Shown here: positions 39,421 to 48,673 of the stretch, one piece after another | Layout of the letters: each line of letters starts with the position of its first letter | How positions within the stretch are numbered: the first letter of the stretch is position 1 | Source of the DNA: an uncultured Spirochaetota bacterium | Lineage (GTDB): Bacteria; Spirochaetota; Spirochaetia; SZUA-6; Fen-1364 | DNA: 64,000 nt | Assembly: GCA_963734545.1 (NCBI GenBank) | Contig: CAVTHO010000003.1 | Coordinates: 224,001-288,000, forward strand | Direction of reading: 5' to 3' | Made by a program: the position numbers and the translations under genes | Notes under the pieces: model-generated | The model's input: only the letters and a program-made list of their open reading frames with translations | Database searches by the model: none | What the model was told of the DNA's origin: nothing

Positions 39421-40434
39421 ATGAAAGCCCTCTTCATCGGCGGCACCGGCCTGATCAGCTCCGCAGTGTCCCGGCTCGTCGTCGAGCGGGGAATCGAGCT
39501 CACCCTGCTGAACCGCGGTCAGAAGGGGGAGTTTTTCCCCCGGGGCGCGCGGCAGATCATTGCAGACCACAGTGATCCGAACGCGGTGAAGGAGGCGCTT
39601 CGCGGACAATCCTTCGACGTCGTCGCGGACTGGATCGCCTTCACCCCCGCGCAGGCCGCCCGGGACATCGAGCTGTTCTCCGGGCGCGCGGGCCAGTTCT
39701 TCTTCATCAGCTCGGCCAGCGCCTACCAGAAGCCGGCGACCCACTACCTCATCACCGAGTCGACGCCCCTGGCAAACCCCTTCTGGCAGTACAGCCGGGA
39801 CAAGATCGCCTGCGAAGAGCTTTTCCTGCGCGAGTACCGGGAAAGGGCCTTTCCGGTGACGATTGTGCGGCCGAGCCTCACCTACGGCGTCACCCAGATC
39901 CCCGCCGCGTTCGGGAGCTGGAACCACCCGTGGACGCTCGTGGACCGCATGCGGAAGGGCCGCCCGATCGTCGTTCCCGGAGATGGTACCTCGCTGTGGA
40001 CAATGACGCACAACTCCGACCTCGCGAAGGGCTTTGTCGGGCTGATGGGAAACATCCGCGCCATCGGCCATGCCTTCCACATCACGTCCGACGAGGTGCT
40101 GACCTGGAACCAGATCTACGGGCTCATCGGGGCCGCGGCCGGCGCGCAGCCCGACATCGTGCACGTCACTTCGGATTTCATCGCGGCGTTCGACCCCGAG
40201 GAACGCGGCAACCTCACCGGCGACAAGGCGCAATGCGGCGTCTTCGACAACTCGAAAATCAGGGCCTTTGTGCCGGGCTACACGGCCACGGTGCCCTTTG
40301 CGCAGGGCGTGCGGGAGTCGGTCCAGTGGTTCGAGAGGCACCCCGAGCGCTGCACGATCGATGACAGGTTCAACGCCCTCTCGGACCGCATTCTCGGGGC
40401 GCATCAGGCCGCGCTCGCTTCGGCGCGATCCTGA
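39421..40434 (+). CDS. Atypical SDR/NAD-dependent epimerase-family protein
   Basis: MKALFIGGTGLIS, FISSASAYQKP, YSRDKIACE, VRPSLTY, GDGTSLW. Confidence 0.88.
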   Translation: MKALFIGGTGLISSAVSRLVVERGIELTLLNRGQKGEFFPRGARQIIADHSDPNAVKEALRGQSFDVVADWIAFTPAQAARDIELFSGRAGQFFFISSASAYQKPATHYLITESTPLANPFWQYSRDKIACEELFLREYRERAFPVTIVRPSLTYGVTQIPAAFGSWNHPWTLVDRMRKGRPIVVPGDGTSLWTMTHNSDLAKGFVGLMGNIRAIGHAFHITSDEVLTWNQIYGLIGAAAGAQPDIVHVTSDFIAAFDPEERGNLTGDKAQCGVFDNSKIRAFVPGYTATVPFAQGVRESVQWFERHPERCTIDDRFNALSDRILGAHQAALASARS

Positions 40435-40453
40435 CAGGGCCGGGAGGCGGGCT

Positions 40454-41314
40454 TTGGCTCCTGAAACCAGGAGGAACGCGCTGGTATTCCTTCTCATTTC
40501 CCTGATCCTGACCGTGCTGATCGGGGCAGGGTTGCCGCACCTGAAGTTCAAGCCCGGCATGCCGCTTCCCTCTTTTGAGAACGGCCAGGTGGCCCTGCCT
40601 GCAGAGGATGCCGCTCCGGTGGGCCTGCCGATGACTGCCTTTGCGGGAATCTTCTCCTTGATCATCCTGGCTGTACTCCTGGTTTTCCTGATCATCCAGG
40701 CGGTCAGGGGCGTCCAGTGGAAGAAGCTTTTATCGAGACTGTGGTCTTTCTTCTGGAAGCTCCTGCTCGTCATCCCCTTCCTTGTTCTGGTCCTGGCACT
40801 GCTGCCGAAGCCAGTGGGCGTTGCCCCCGCGGAACCACTGCCTCCCCCAAAACCTCTGGTAACCGCGCCGCTGGGCCGGGTGCCGACAGCTCTCATCTGG
40901 CTCGCGGGGCTCGGTCTGCTCGCCGTGATTCTCTACCTCGGCGCGCGGATGATCGCTGCAAAGCGCCGTCCCGGTCCCCGCTCCTGGGAGTGGGAAGCAG
41001 AAAAAGCCCGGCAGGCCCTCCTGGATGGCCAGGACCTCCGGGAGGTGATCATCCAATGCTACCGGCGCATGGGCCAGGCGCTCCAGGAGGAAAAGCAGAT
41101 CGAGAGGGAATCGTTCATGACCACCGGGGAGTTCGAGGTGCTGCTGTCCGCCCGGGGAGTCCCCCGTGACCCGGTCCACCAGCTGACACGGCTCTTCGAC
41201 GCCGTGAGATACGGTCGCGGCCAGCCGGCCCCCGGGGAGGAGCAGAGAGCCCTGCACTGCCTGGATGCCATCCTTGCGTACAGCCGCCAGTCGGGGCAAT
41301 CGAGGTGCAGGATG
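40454..41314 (+). CDS. DUF4129-domain membrane protein (stop apparently lost to an indel)
   Basis: TM helices, then IIQCYRRM...MTTGEF...LTRLFDAVRYG; RBS GAGGTG and ATGA at 41312 mark the next gene. Confidence 0.75.
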
Positions 41315-42014
41315 AAAAAGCGTCTGCGGTACCTGCTTCTCGCCTCCTTCATCGGTCTCCTGCTCGCGCTGACGCTCCTTTTCCCGCAATTCGTGCTGGA
41401 CGGCATTCTCCTGCCCGCCGCGACCGCCCTCTGGATTCTTCTGCGCATTTTCATCTTGAGCATTCACCAGCACGCTTTCTGGTGGGGCGTGATTTTCCTC
41501 CTGGTGATAGTGACATTCCGCGGCCTTTACCGGAGATCGGCGGTCGATTCCCGCGCTCCAGACCTGGATCACGGTCCCGGCGCGGGACCGTGTCACCGCC
41601 TGGCGGGATTCTCTCCTGCTCAACCTGCGCGCCGCCGTCGACGAGGATTCGTTCCGGCGTGATCTGATGTGGTTGTTTACATTGCTGTATTTTTCTCCTC
41701 ACCAGGGGAAAGCGAAGTACCAGATTCGGGAGGAGATCCTGGAACACCGAATCCCTGTTCCCCAATCCATCTACAGGTATCTGTTCTATTCTCCGCGGCC
41801 GGCCCTGAAGCGCTCCTTTGTGAGGCACCCTGTTGAACGATTGGAGCTGATGAGCGAATCTTTCGCGAGGGCTGTTCGAAAATGGGTCCGCAGACGGACG
41901 GGCCGCGAGATCGCGGAATGCATGCGTGCGATCGACGACGTACTGACGTTCATGGAAAACTCTCTCGAGATGAGGCAGGAACATGATGCAACCCAAGACC
42001 ATCGCGTGTCGTGA
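41312..42014 (+). CDS. Membrane protein of the MoxR operon (frameshift near 41575)
   Basis: MKKRLRYLLL... TM region continues in another frame as RDRVTAWRDSLLLNLRAAVDEDSFRRDLMWLF. Confidence 0.6.
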
Positions 42015-42969
42015 AACCGCCGACATATGCGCCCGGGTCATTCAGGAAGTCGAAAAGGCCGTTGTCGGCAAGCGGCCGGTGCTGGGCCTGATGATGGCGG
42101 CGCTGTTGTCCTCGGGCGGCCACATCCTTCTGGAGGACTTCCCCGGCCTGGCCAAGACACTGATCGCCAACAGCTTCGCCGCGGCCCTCGGGATGAGCTT
42201 CAAGAGGATACAATTCACTCCCGATCTTCTGCCCGGGGACATCACGGGCGGCTACGTATTCAACAGCAGCCAGAACCAGTTCATGCTTCGCAAGGGCCCG
42301 ATCTTCGCCAATATTCTCCTCGCAGACGAGATCAACCGGGCTTCCCCCAAGACCCAGTCCGCCCTGCTGGAAGCCATGCAGGAATACCAGGTGACCCTCG
42401 AAGGGGAAACCCAGGGGCTGCCGCTGCCGTTCATCGTCATCGCCACCCAGAACCCTATCGAGTACGAAGGCACTTTCCCCCTGCCCGAGGCCCAGCTGGA
42501 CCGTTTCTTTGTCAGGTTGTCGATCGGCTATCCCAATCCCGAAGAGGAAGACGAGATACTGAGGCAGCGCACGGAACGCAGGAAAGACAGCGTGGACCTG
42601 CAGGCAGTGGTCAGCCCGGAGGTCTTCATGGCAATGCGGGCGGCGGCGGAGGAGGTGTACGTGGATCCTGACGTCCGCCGCTACATCGTCGACCTGGTGG
42701 CAAAGACCCGGCAGCACCGCCAGGTCGTGGTCGGCGCCAGCCCGCGCGCGTCGATCGCGCTCCTGAAGCTGTCCAAGGCGTGGGCCGCCATCCAGGGAAG
42801 AGACTTCGTCCTGCCGGACGACATCAAGCCGTTCATCCAGCCGGTCCTTGCCCACCGCATCGTGCTGGACCCGACCCTGTGGGACGTCAAGACATCGGAC
42901 CGGGCAGTGATCGACGAGGTGATCCGCACCGTTCCCGTGCCGGTGCTCCCCCAGCGAAATGAACGATAA
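41983..42969 (+). CDS. moxR: MoxR-family AAA+ ATPase
   Basis: HILLEDFPGLAKT, RIQFTPDLLPGD, LADEINRASPKTQSALLEAM, TQNPIEYEGTFPLPEAQLDRF. Confidence 0.95.
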   Translation: MMQPKTIACRETADICARVIQEVEKAVVGKRPVLGLMMAALLSSGGHILLEDFPGLAKTLIANSFAAALGMSFKRIQFTPDLLPGDITGGYVFNSSQNQFMLRKGPIFANILLADEINRASPKTQSALLEAMQEYQVTLEGETQGLPLPFIVIATQNPIEYEGTFPLPEAQLDRFFVRLSIGYPNPEEEDEILRQRTERRKDSVDLQAVVSPEVFMAMRAAAEEVYVDPDVRRYIVDLVAKTRQHRQVVVGASPRASIALLKLSKAWAAIQGRDFVLPDDIKPFIQPVLAHRIVLDPTLWDVKTSDRAVIDEVIRTVPVPVLPQRNER

Positions 42970-44235
42970 AGTCCTCACCCTGGCCCTGCTCAGCGTCGGC
43001 CTTCTGGTGACCGCGCTGATGACCCAGAACGGCACGCTGGCCTTCATGACGCTGCCCGTCCTGGTGTACCTGGCAGTCGGGATACTGGAATCACCGCTCC
43101 CGGGGAAGATCCGGCTCACCGCGGAACGCTCTCTCGGGATCAGGCAGACCGAGGAGGGTGCGGCAGTCGAAGTGTGCGTCGCGGTCCGGAATACCGGATC
43201 CGCGCTCGGCCGGCTCAGGCTTTCCGACGAGCCTCTGCCCGCCATGGTCATCACGGAGGGCGCCCTCCGGCAGCTCGCCGATCTGAAATCCGGGGAAGAG
43301 ACGAAGCTCACCTACACGTTCCGGACCGCGCGCGGCGGCTTTCAATGGAATACGCTGCACGCGGCCGCGAGTGACCCGTTCGGCCTGTTCGAGATCGAGC
43401 TCCAGCTGCCCGCGGCCGCCGAGGTCCTGGTCCAGCCCCGGGTGAAGAGGTTTCGCTCTTTTCCGCTCCGGCCGGCAAGCACGCTGCATTCGCCGGGCTC
43501 GATCCCCGCCCGGATCGGGGGCAGCGGCACGGACTTCTGGGGCGTGCGGGAGTACCACGCGGGCGACCCGCTCCGCCGGCTGGACTGGCGCCGCACTGCC
43601 CGGCACCCGCGCCAGTTCTTTACAAAGGAGTTCGAGCAGGAGGAGATCGCCGATATCGGGCTGATCCTGGATGCGCGTCAAAGGAGCGATTTTCGCTGCG
43701 GTGAAGACTCTCTCTTCGAGCATACTCTCCAGGCAACAGCTTCCCTGGCTGAATTGTTCCTGCGGCACGGGAACCGCGTGAGCCTGGCCCTGCCGGGGAA
43801 CCAGATGACGATCGTGTACCCCGGATACGGCAAGGTCCAGTTGAACAGGATCCTGCACAACCTTGCGAAAGCGCGGCCCGCCGGGGCGCACGGGCAGCTC
43901 TCCCTGGACCAGGTACCCCTGCGCGTGTTTGGAAGCCGCGCCCTGATCGTGATCGTGAGCCCGCTCGCATTCGGCGATCTGCCCGTTTTCCCCCGACTGC
44001 GGGCGCGAGGCAACCAGGTCCTGCTCATTTCTCCTGATTGGATCACCTTCAGGAAAAGCAGTTCCCCCCCGGATCCGCCGGCCGGCTCGCCGTGCGCCTT
44101 GCCCGCATTGAACGCCGCCTGGAGCTGCGCGGCATTGCCCAGCTCGGCATTCACGTGATCGACTGGCAGGTTCACCGGCCGCTGCCGCCCCTGGTCCGGG
44201 ATGCGCTGGGCGCGGCGCGCGCGCGGCGCGGATGA
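42959..44235 (+). CDS. DUF58-domain protein (frameshift near 44050-44070)
   Basis: DPFGLF, DFWGVREYHAGDPLRRLDWRRTAR, KEFEQE; C-terminus continues in the 44038..44235 frame. Confidence 0.88.
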
Positions 44236-44249
44236 GAAGGAGCGGGCGC

Positions 44250-44741
44250 ATGTCGCTTCGAAAAATCCTGCTTCTGCTCTGCCTGGCCGGCTCGACGGCC
44301 TGCCTGGCGGCCGCATACATCCTGGCCGGGCACTGGTGGGGGGCCTGCGCGGTGATCCTCCCGGGCGCGCTCCCCTTGTTCCACGGAAAGATTCGCGGCC
44401 GCTGGCTGCCGCCGGCATACCTGGCGGGCATGTTCGGTGCCGCCGCAGCCGGTCTTTACTCAGGAGCCTCGCCGCATCTGATGCTCCTGGGCGCCGCCCT
44501 TGCGTTGGCCGGCTGGGACCTGATGAATCTGGACCGCGCGATGGCGGGCAGCGGATCCGCGCAAACCGCCGGGCGGCTCGAAACGAGGCATGCGCGGTCT
44601 CTCGCGCTGGCCCTCGGCCTCGGCCTGTTGTCGGCGGAGGGCGGCATGGCGTTGTCTCTCCCGCTGCCATTTCCGATCATGCTCCTGCTCGTGATCCTGG
44701 TCGTTTTCAGCCTGAGCCGGGTTTTCCGCGCGCTGAGTTGA
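44250..44741 (+). CDS. Hypothetical membrane protein (MoxR-operon associated)
   Basis: Very hydrophobic ORF with LAGWDL; AAGGAG RBS. Confidence 0.7.
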   Translation: MSLRKILLLLCLAGSTACLAAAYILAGHWWGACAVILPGALPLFHGKIRGRWLPPAYLAGMFGAAAAGLYSGASPHLMLLGAALALAGWDLMNLDRAMAGSGSAQTAGRLETRHARSLALALGLGLLSAEGGMALSLPLPFPIMLLLVILVVFSLSRVFRALS

Positions 44742-44764
44742 GGGCCGGAGCAGGGACGGCTGCC

Positions 44765-45475
44765 ATGCCGCGCTTTGACGTAATTGCATTCGACGCGGAC
44801 GATACGCTGTGGCATTCGGAGCGTCTCTATGTGGAGGCGCAATCCGAGTTCAGGAAGCTCCTGGCGCGCTACGATTGTCCGGTCGACGAGCGCCTCCACC
44901 AGGTGGAGATGCGCAACCTGCGGCATTTTGGATACGGCATCAAGGGATTCGCCCTCTCCATGATAGAAACCGCGGTGGAGCTGACGGGCGGCCGGATCTC
45001 CGGCCCGGACATACAGGCCATCATCGACCGGGCAAAGAGAATGCTCGCGGCTGACGTGGAGCTGCTCGCGCACGTGGACGAAACCCTCAGGAGCCTGGCG
45101 GACAGGTACCCCCTGATGGTGATCACCAAGGGCGATCTCTACGACCAGGAGGGAAAGATCGCCCGCTCGGGGCTGGCCGCCCGGTTCCGCCACGTGGAGA
45201 TCGTGAGCGACAAGACCCGGGAGAGCTATGAGGCGATCCTCCGTCGTCACGGCATGGCGCCGGAGCGTTTTCTGATGGTGGGCAATTCACTGCGCTCGGA
45301 CATCCTGCCGGTGCTCGCACTGGGGGCAGTGGCGGTGTACGTGCCGCACGAGCTCACGTGGGCGCACGAGATGTCGGAGCCGCCCCCGGTCGGCCAGCCG
45401 GGCTATCACGAGATCGCGCACATCGGCCTGCTGCCGGCCCTGCTCGAGGGGCTGGAACGCCGCCGGGCGGCGTAG
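44765..45475 (+). CDS. HAD-superfamily hydrolase
   Basis: FDADDTLW, ITKGD, MVGNSLRSDILP, TWAHE. Confidence 0.92.
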   Translation: MPRFDVIAFDADDTLWHSERLYVEAQSEFRKLLARYDCPVDERLHQVEMRNLRHFGYGIKGFALSMIETAVELTGGRISGPDIQAIIDRAKRMLAADVELLAHVDETLRSLADRYPLMVITKGDLYDQEGKIARSGLAARFRHVEIVSDKTRESYEAILRRHGMAPERFLMVGNSLRSDILPVLALGAVAVYVPHELTWAHEMSEPPPVGQPGYHEIAHIGLLPALLEGLERRRAA

Positions 45476-45506
45476 CTGTCCGCCTCGCGTAGCCGTCCGC
45501 CTCCCG

Positions 45507-46544
45507 TCAGCCCGGTGACTTTCCCTGCCGGGAAAAGATCATGAGCGCCACCGGGAGATAGAGCACCAGAAGGATCACGAGAGGAGCGATCATCTGCCCC
45601 GGCGGGCGCTGGCCGATGAGCCCTCTGACCACGTAGGCGGCAATCAACAGGATGCCCATCAGGTTGTGCGCGCGGATCGTGAGCATGTTCGCCGGTGCCA
45701 TGGCAGCGGGGTTCATGTAGTTCCTGCGCAGCACGACGTATGCCTTTGCGAACAGCGGAAACGTGAGAAGGCTGACGTACGTCCAGAAGGTGGTCAGGCC
45801 GAGAATCGGGGAGACGAGGATGACGAGATACGCAATTGCCCCCGAGGCCCCATAGAGCCACACCCCCGCCTCGCGCCCGAACAGGACGACGAGGGTCCGC
45901 TTTCCTCCTGTCCCGTCGCTTTCCGAGTCGGGAATCTCGTTGATCGTGATCATGGCGAACATCATCAGGCCGAGAGGCAGAACGGCGAACACCGCTTCCC
46001 AGGAAAGCGCCCGGGTCTGAACGAAATACGATCCCAGGCCGATCACCACGCTGAAGTTGAGGAGCTGGGATACCTCGCCGAAGCCGCGATACGCGTAGCG
46101 AACCGGCGGTGCCGTGTAGAAATACGCGGACAGCACGCCGATGAGCCCGAACACGAGGACCGGCCAGCCGCGCGCCACGGTGAGGAACACCCCTGCCGCG
46201 ATGGTGAGAAAATACAGGGACAGGAACACGCCACGCATGTGCGCGGGCTTGATCGCACCCGATGTGAGAAGACCGCTGCCGCCCGAGTAGGGATTCTCGA
46301 TGTGACCCGCCGCGCGGTCCACGGACTGCTTGTAGTCGTAGTAGTCGTCGGTCATGTTGAGCGCCATGTGGTTCAGCGTGACGGCAAGGGTTACCACGAC
46401 GAAGTATCCAAGTGAAAACTCGCCGAGAATCGACCAGGCCACCACCGCTCCGAGAATGGCCGGCAGAGAGCTGGGGGGAACGAAATGGTATCGACAGGCA
46501 CGCCACCAGATCGCAAGCCTTTGGAAGGCCGTGTATGAGCCCAT
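45507..46544 (-). CDS. UbiA-family prenyltransferase, MenA/UBIAD1-like
   Basis: Asp-rich motifs NMTDDYYDYKQSVD and NEIPDSESDGTGGKRTL; SGGSG; YTAPP...YRGFGE; multiple TM helices. Confidence 0.88.
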   Translation of the reverse strand: MGSYTAFQRLAIWWRACRYHFVPPSSLPAILGAVVAWSILGEFSLGYFVVVTLAVTLNHMALNMTDDYYDYKQSVDRAAGHIENPYSGGSGLLTSGAIKPAHMRGVFLSLYFLTIAAGVFLTVARGWPVLVFGLIGVLSAYFYTAPPVRYAYRGFGEVSQLLNFSVVIGLGSYFVQTRALSWEAVFAVLPLGLMMFAMITINEIPDSESDGTGGKRTLVVLFGREAGVWLYGASGAIAYLVILVSPILGLTTFWTYVSLLTFPLFAKAYVVLRRNYMNPAAMAPANMLTIRAHNLMGILLIAAYVVRGLIGQRPPGQMIAPLVILLVLYLPVALMIFSRQGKSPG

Positions 46545-46717
46545 TTGAGAACCTCCCTTTGAAAGAAATGATAATACACGCCGAATCGGGTTAGAAGAAC
46601 GGCCCCGGGTTCCTTCCGGAGCTTTTCCACTTGACCCGGTCCCATGATGCTCATAGAATACATAGACTGTCTATGCAAAGACAGGCTACGCCAAGCGGTA
46701 CCCCGCATGGAGGTGGT

Positions 46718-48007
46718 ATGTACGATGTCGTCGTGGTGGGAGCAGGCTGCGCGGGCCCTGCAGCCGCCCGCAAGGCAGCGGGCCTGGGACTGCGAACCCT
46801 CCTGATAGAGAAAGCGCTGCACCCGGGTGCCAAGAACGTCTCCGGCACCTGTCTGAACACTGCCGCGCTCGCCGATCCGGACCTGCACTATCTCCTCGAG
46901 GGCCCTGTCGAGCGGGAGATCCGCTCCATGCGCACATACCACGTGAGCGCGGGGCGTACCACCGTGTTTCACGAGATACCTGCCCGCGGAATCCTCCTTC
47001 TCTCGATCCGCAGGGACCATTTCGACGCGTGGCACACCGAGCAGGCGCGCAAGGCAGGGGCCGAGGTGAAGCTGGGGTCCGCCGTGGTGGACCTCGTCGA
47101 GGAGCACGGCGCCGTGTGCGGCGTGGTGACCGACAACGGCGAACGCCACATGGCGCGGGTCGTCATTGACGCGGGCGGCGTGAACTCGCTGGTCGGCCGC
47201 AAGGCGGGGCTGATCGGACGGAGAAGCGGGACGGACATGATCCTGTATGTCAGCGTCGCGGTGCACCTGGGAAAGAGGCGCGTGGACGAACGGTTCGGCG
47301 ACACCATCGAGTACTACCTGGCCCCCGGATGCCAGCACAAGACGTGGCCGTGGATCTTCCCCAAGCGCGAGGTGATCACCCTCGGCACGGGCGGCTACAT
47401 GACGGCGGAGCTCATCAACAAGGACTTCCCGTCGGTCAATACGTACATGCAGAACTTCATGGACCTGCCGCCGGTCCGCGCGCGCCTGGAAGGGGGAAGA
47501 ATCGTCAACTGGGGGGTACACCTCGAATACGACGAGCCGGCGGCCGTGAGGGTACGCGACGGGTTGATCCTTTCCGGAGAGGCGGGAGGCTTTGTGACGC
47601 CTTTCCTCGGGGAGGGCATGCCGGAAGCTTTTTTCACCGGCATTTACGCGGCGGAAGCGGCCGCGAAGGCTGTCGAGGCGAACGACACGTCCGCCGCGCG
47701 CCTGCAGGGCGCGTACGAGGAGCGGCTCGATGGCAACCTCTTCATGAAGTCCTTCATGTACGTCGCGGCATGCAACAAGGCGTCGATCCTTTCCCGGTCG
47801 GACGTCGAGACCTCGACCATGATGCAGAGCGTGGCAATGGGGGGAGGATTCATCACGAGCGCCGTGCACGGCGGATGGATGGCCGCTGCGGAAGACGGGG
47901 ACATCGAAAAGGTGAGGCAGGCACGGGACTTCCTCGAGCTCCTGCAGCCCTACCGCACCATCGGGGCGGACTTCGAAGAGATCTATGAGGCGAGGAAAAG
48001 AAAATGA
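46718..48007 (+). CDS. FAD-dependent oxidoreductase, FixC/geranylgeranyl-reductase family
   Basis: YDVVVVGAGCAG, EKALHPGAKNVSG, RRDHFDAW, WIFPK, GEAGGFVTPFLGEG. Confidence 0.85.
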   Translation: MYDVVVVGAGCAGPAAARKAAGLGLRTLLIEKALHPGAKNVSGTCLNTAALADPDLHYLLEGPVEREIRSMRTYHVSAGRTTVFHEIPARGILLLSIRRDHFDAWHTEQARKAGAEVKLGSAVVDLVEEHGAVCGVVTDNGERHMARVVIDAGGVNSLVGRKAGLIGRRSGTDMILYVSVAVHLGKRRVDERFGDTIEYYLAPGCQHKTWPWIFPKREVITLGTGGYMTAELINKDFPSVNTYMQNFMDLPPVRARLEGGRIVNWGVHLEYDEPAAVRVRDGLILSGEAGGFVTPFLGEGMPEAFFTGIYAAEAAAKAVEANDTSAARLQGAYEERLDGNLFMKSFMYVAACNKASILSRSDVETSTMMQSVAMGGGFITSAVHGGWMAAAEDGDIEKVRQARDFLELLQPYRTIGADFEEIYEARKRK

Positions 48008-48265
48008 AGCTGGAAATGCGGGTTCGTTCCTACCCGGGGGAGACGGGAGAGTTCCTCGAGGTCGATGAGGCGCGGTGCAGCGGGTGCGGCGAATGCGCCC
48101 GGTTCTGCGTCCGCGGCGTCTGGCAGAGGGACGGGGCGGTGTATCGTCCCAGTCGTCTCTCCCTCTGCGCCGAATGCGGCGCGTGCTGGAACATCTGCCC
48201 CGCGGATGCCGTGCATTTTCGGCGAGCCTCGCGGCGGCACGGGGATCCGCTTCACGCACGGTTGA
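48004..48265 (+). CDS. FixX-like 2x[4Fe-4S] ferredoxin (frameshift near 48220)
   Basis: CSGCGECARFC and CAECGACWNICP; C-terminus FGEPRGGTGIRFTHG in the alternate frame; ATGA coupling to the reductase. Confidence 0.85.
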
Positions 48266-48278
48266 GAGGAGGCAGCAG

Positions 48279-48620
48279 ATGGCAACTCGACAGGAAGTGC
48301 TCGATACCCTGAAGGCGCAGGGTGAAAGGTTCCATCACGAAAAAATCGTTTCCTCGTTCAAGGGATGGAGCAGGGTCATGCAGTACCGTTTCCCCGACCT
48401 CGACCTCTCCCTTGCTCTTCCCGTCACGGAGGGCATGGCCGGCGCCGTGGTGGAAGGAACGGTCGAGGGGGCGCAGATCGTGTACGAGATGTCCAGCGAC
48501 ACGTTCCTTGCCATCGCCCGCAAGGAGCTGAGCGGGATGAAGGCATTCACGCAGAAGCTCGTCAAGGTGAAGGCATCCATGCCGGACCTCATGAAGCTGC
48601 AGAAGCTGGATTCGGTCTGA
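48279..48620 (+). CDS. SCP2 sterol/lipid-binding domain protein
   Basis: MSSDTFLAIARKELSGMKAFTQKLVKVKASMPDLMKL matches the SCP2 C-terminal pattern; GAGGAGG RBS. Confidence 0.75.
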   Translation: MATRQEVLDTLKAQGERFHHEKIVSSFKGWSRVMQYRFPDLDLSLALPVTEGMAGAVVEGTVEGAQIVYEMSSDTFLAIARKELSGMKAFTQKLVKVKASMPDLMKLQKLDSV

Positions 48621-48673
48621 GCCCGCCCCGGGGTGCCGCCGCGCGGAGCGCGGCAGCTGCGGCGAGGCCTGTC

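Noticed and set aside
40268-41662. 464-aa fused DUF4129 membrane protein
   Set aside because: An internal RBS plus ATGA at 41312 and continuation in another frame indicate two genes with indels
46718-48265. fixABCX nitrogen-fixation electron bifurcation operon
   Set aside because: No ETF subunits or nif genes in the window; the neighbours are lipid-related
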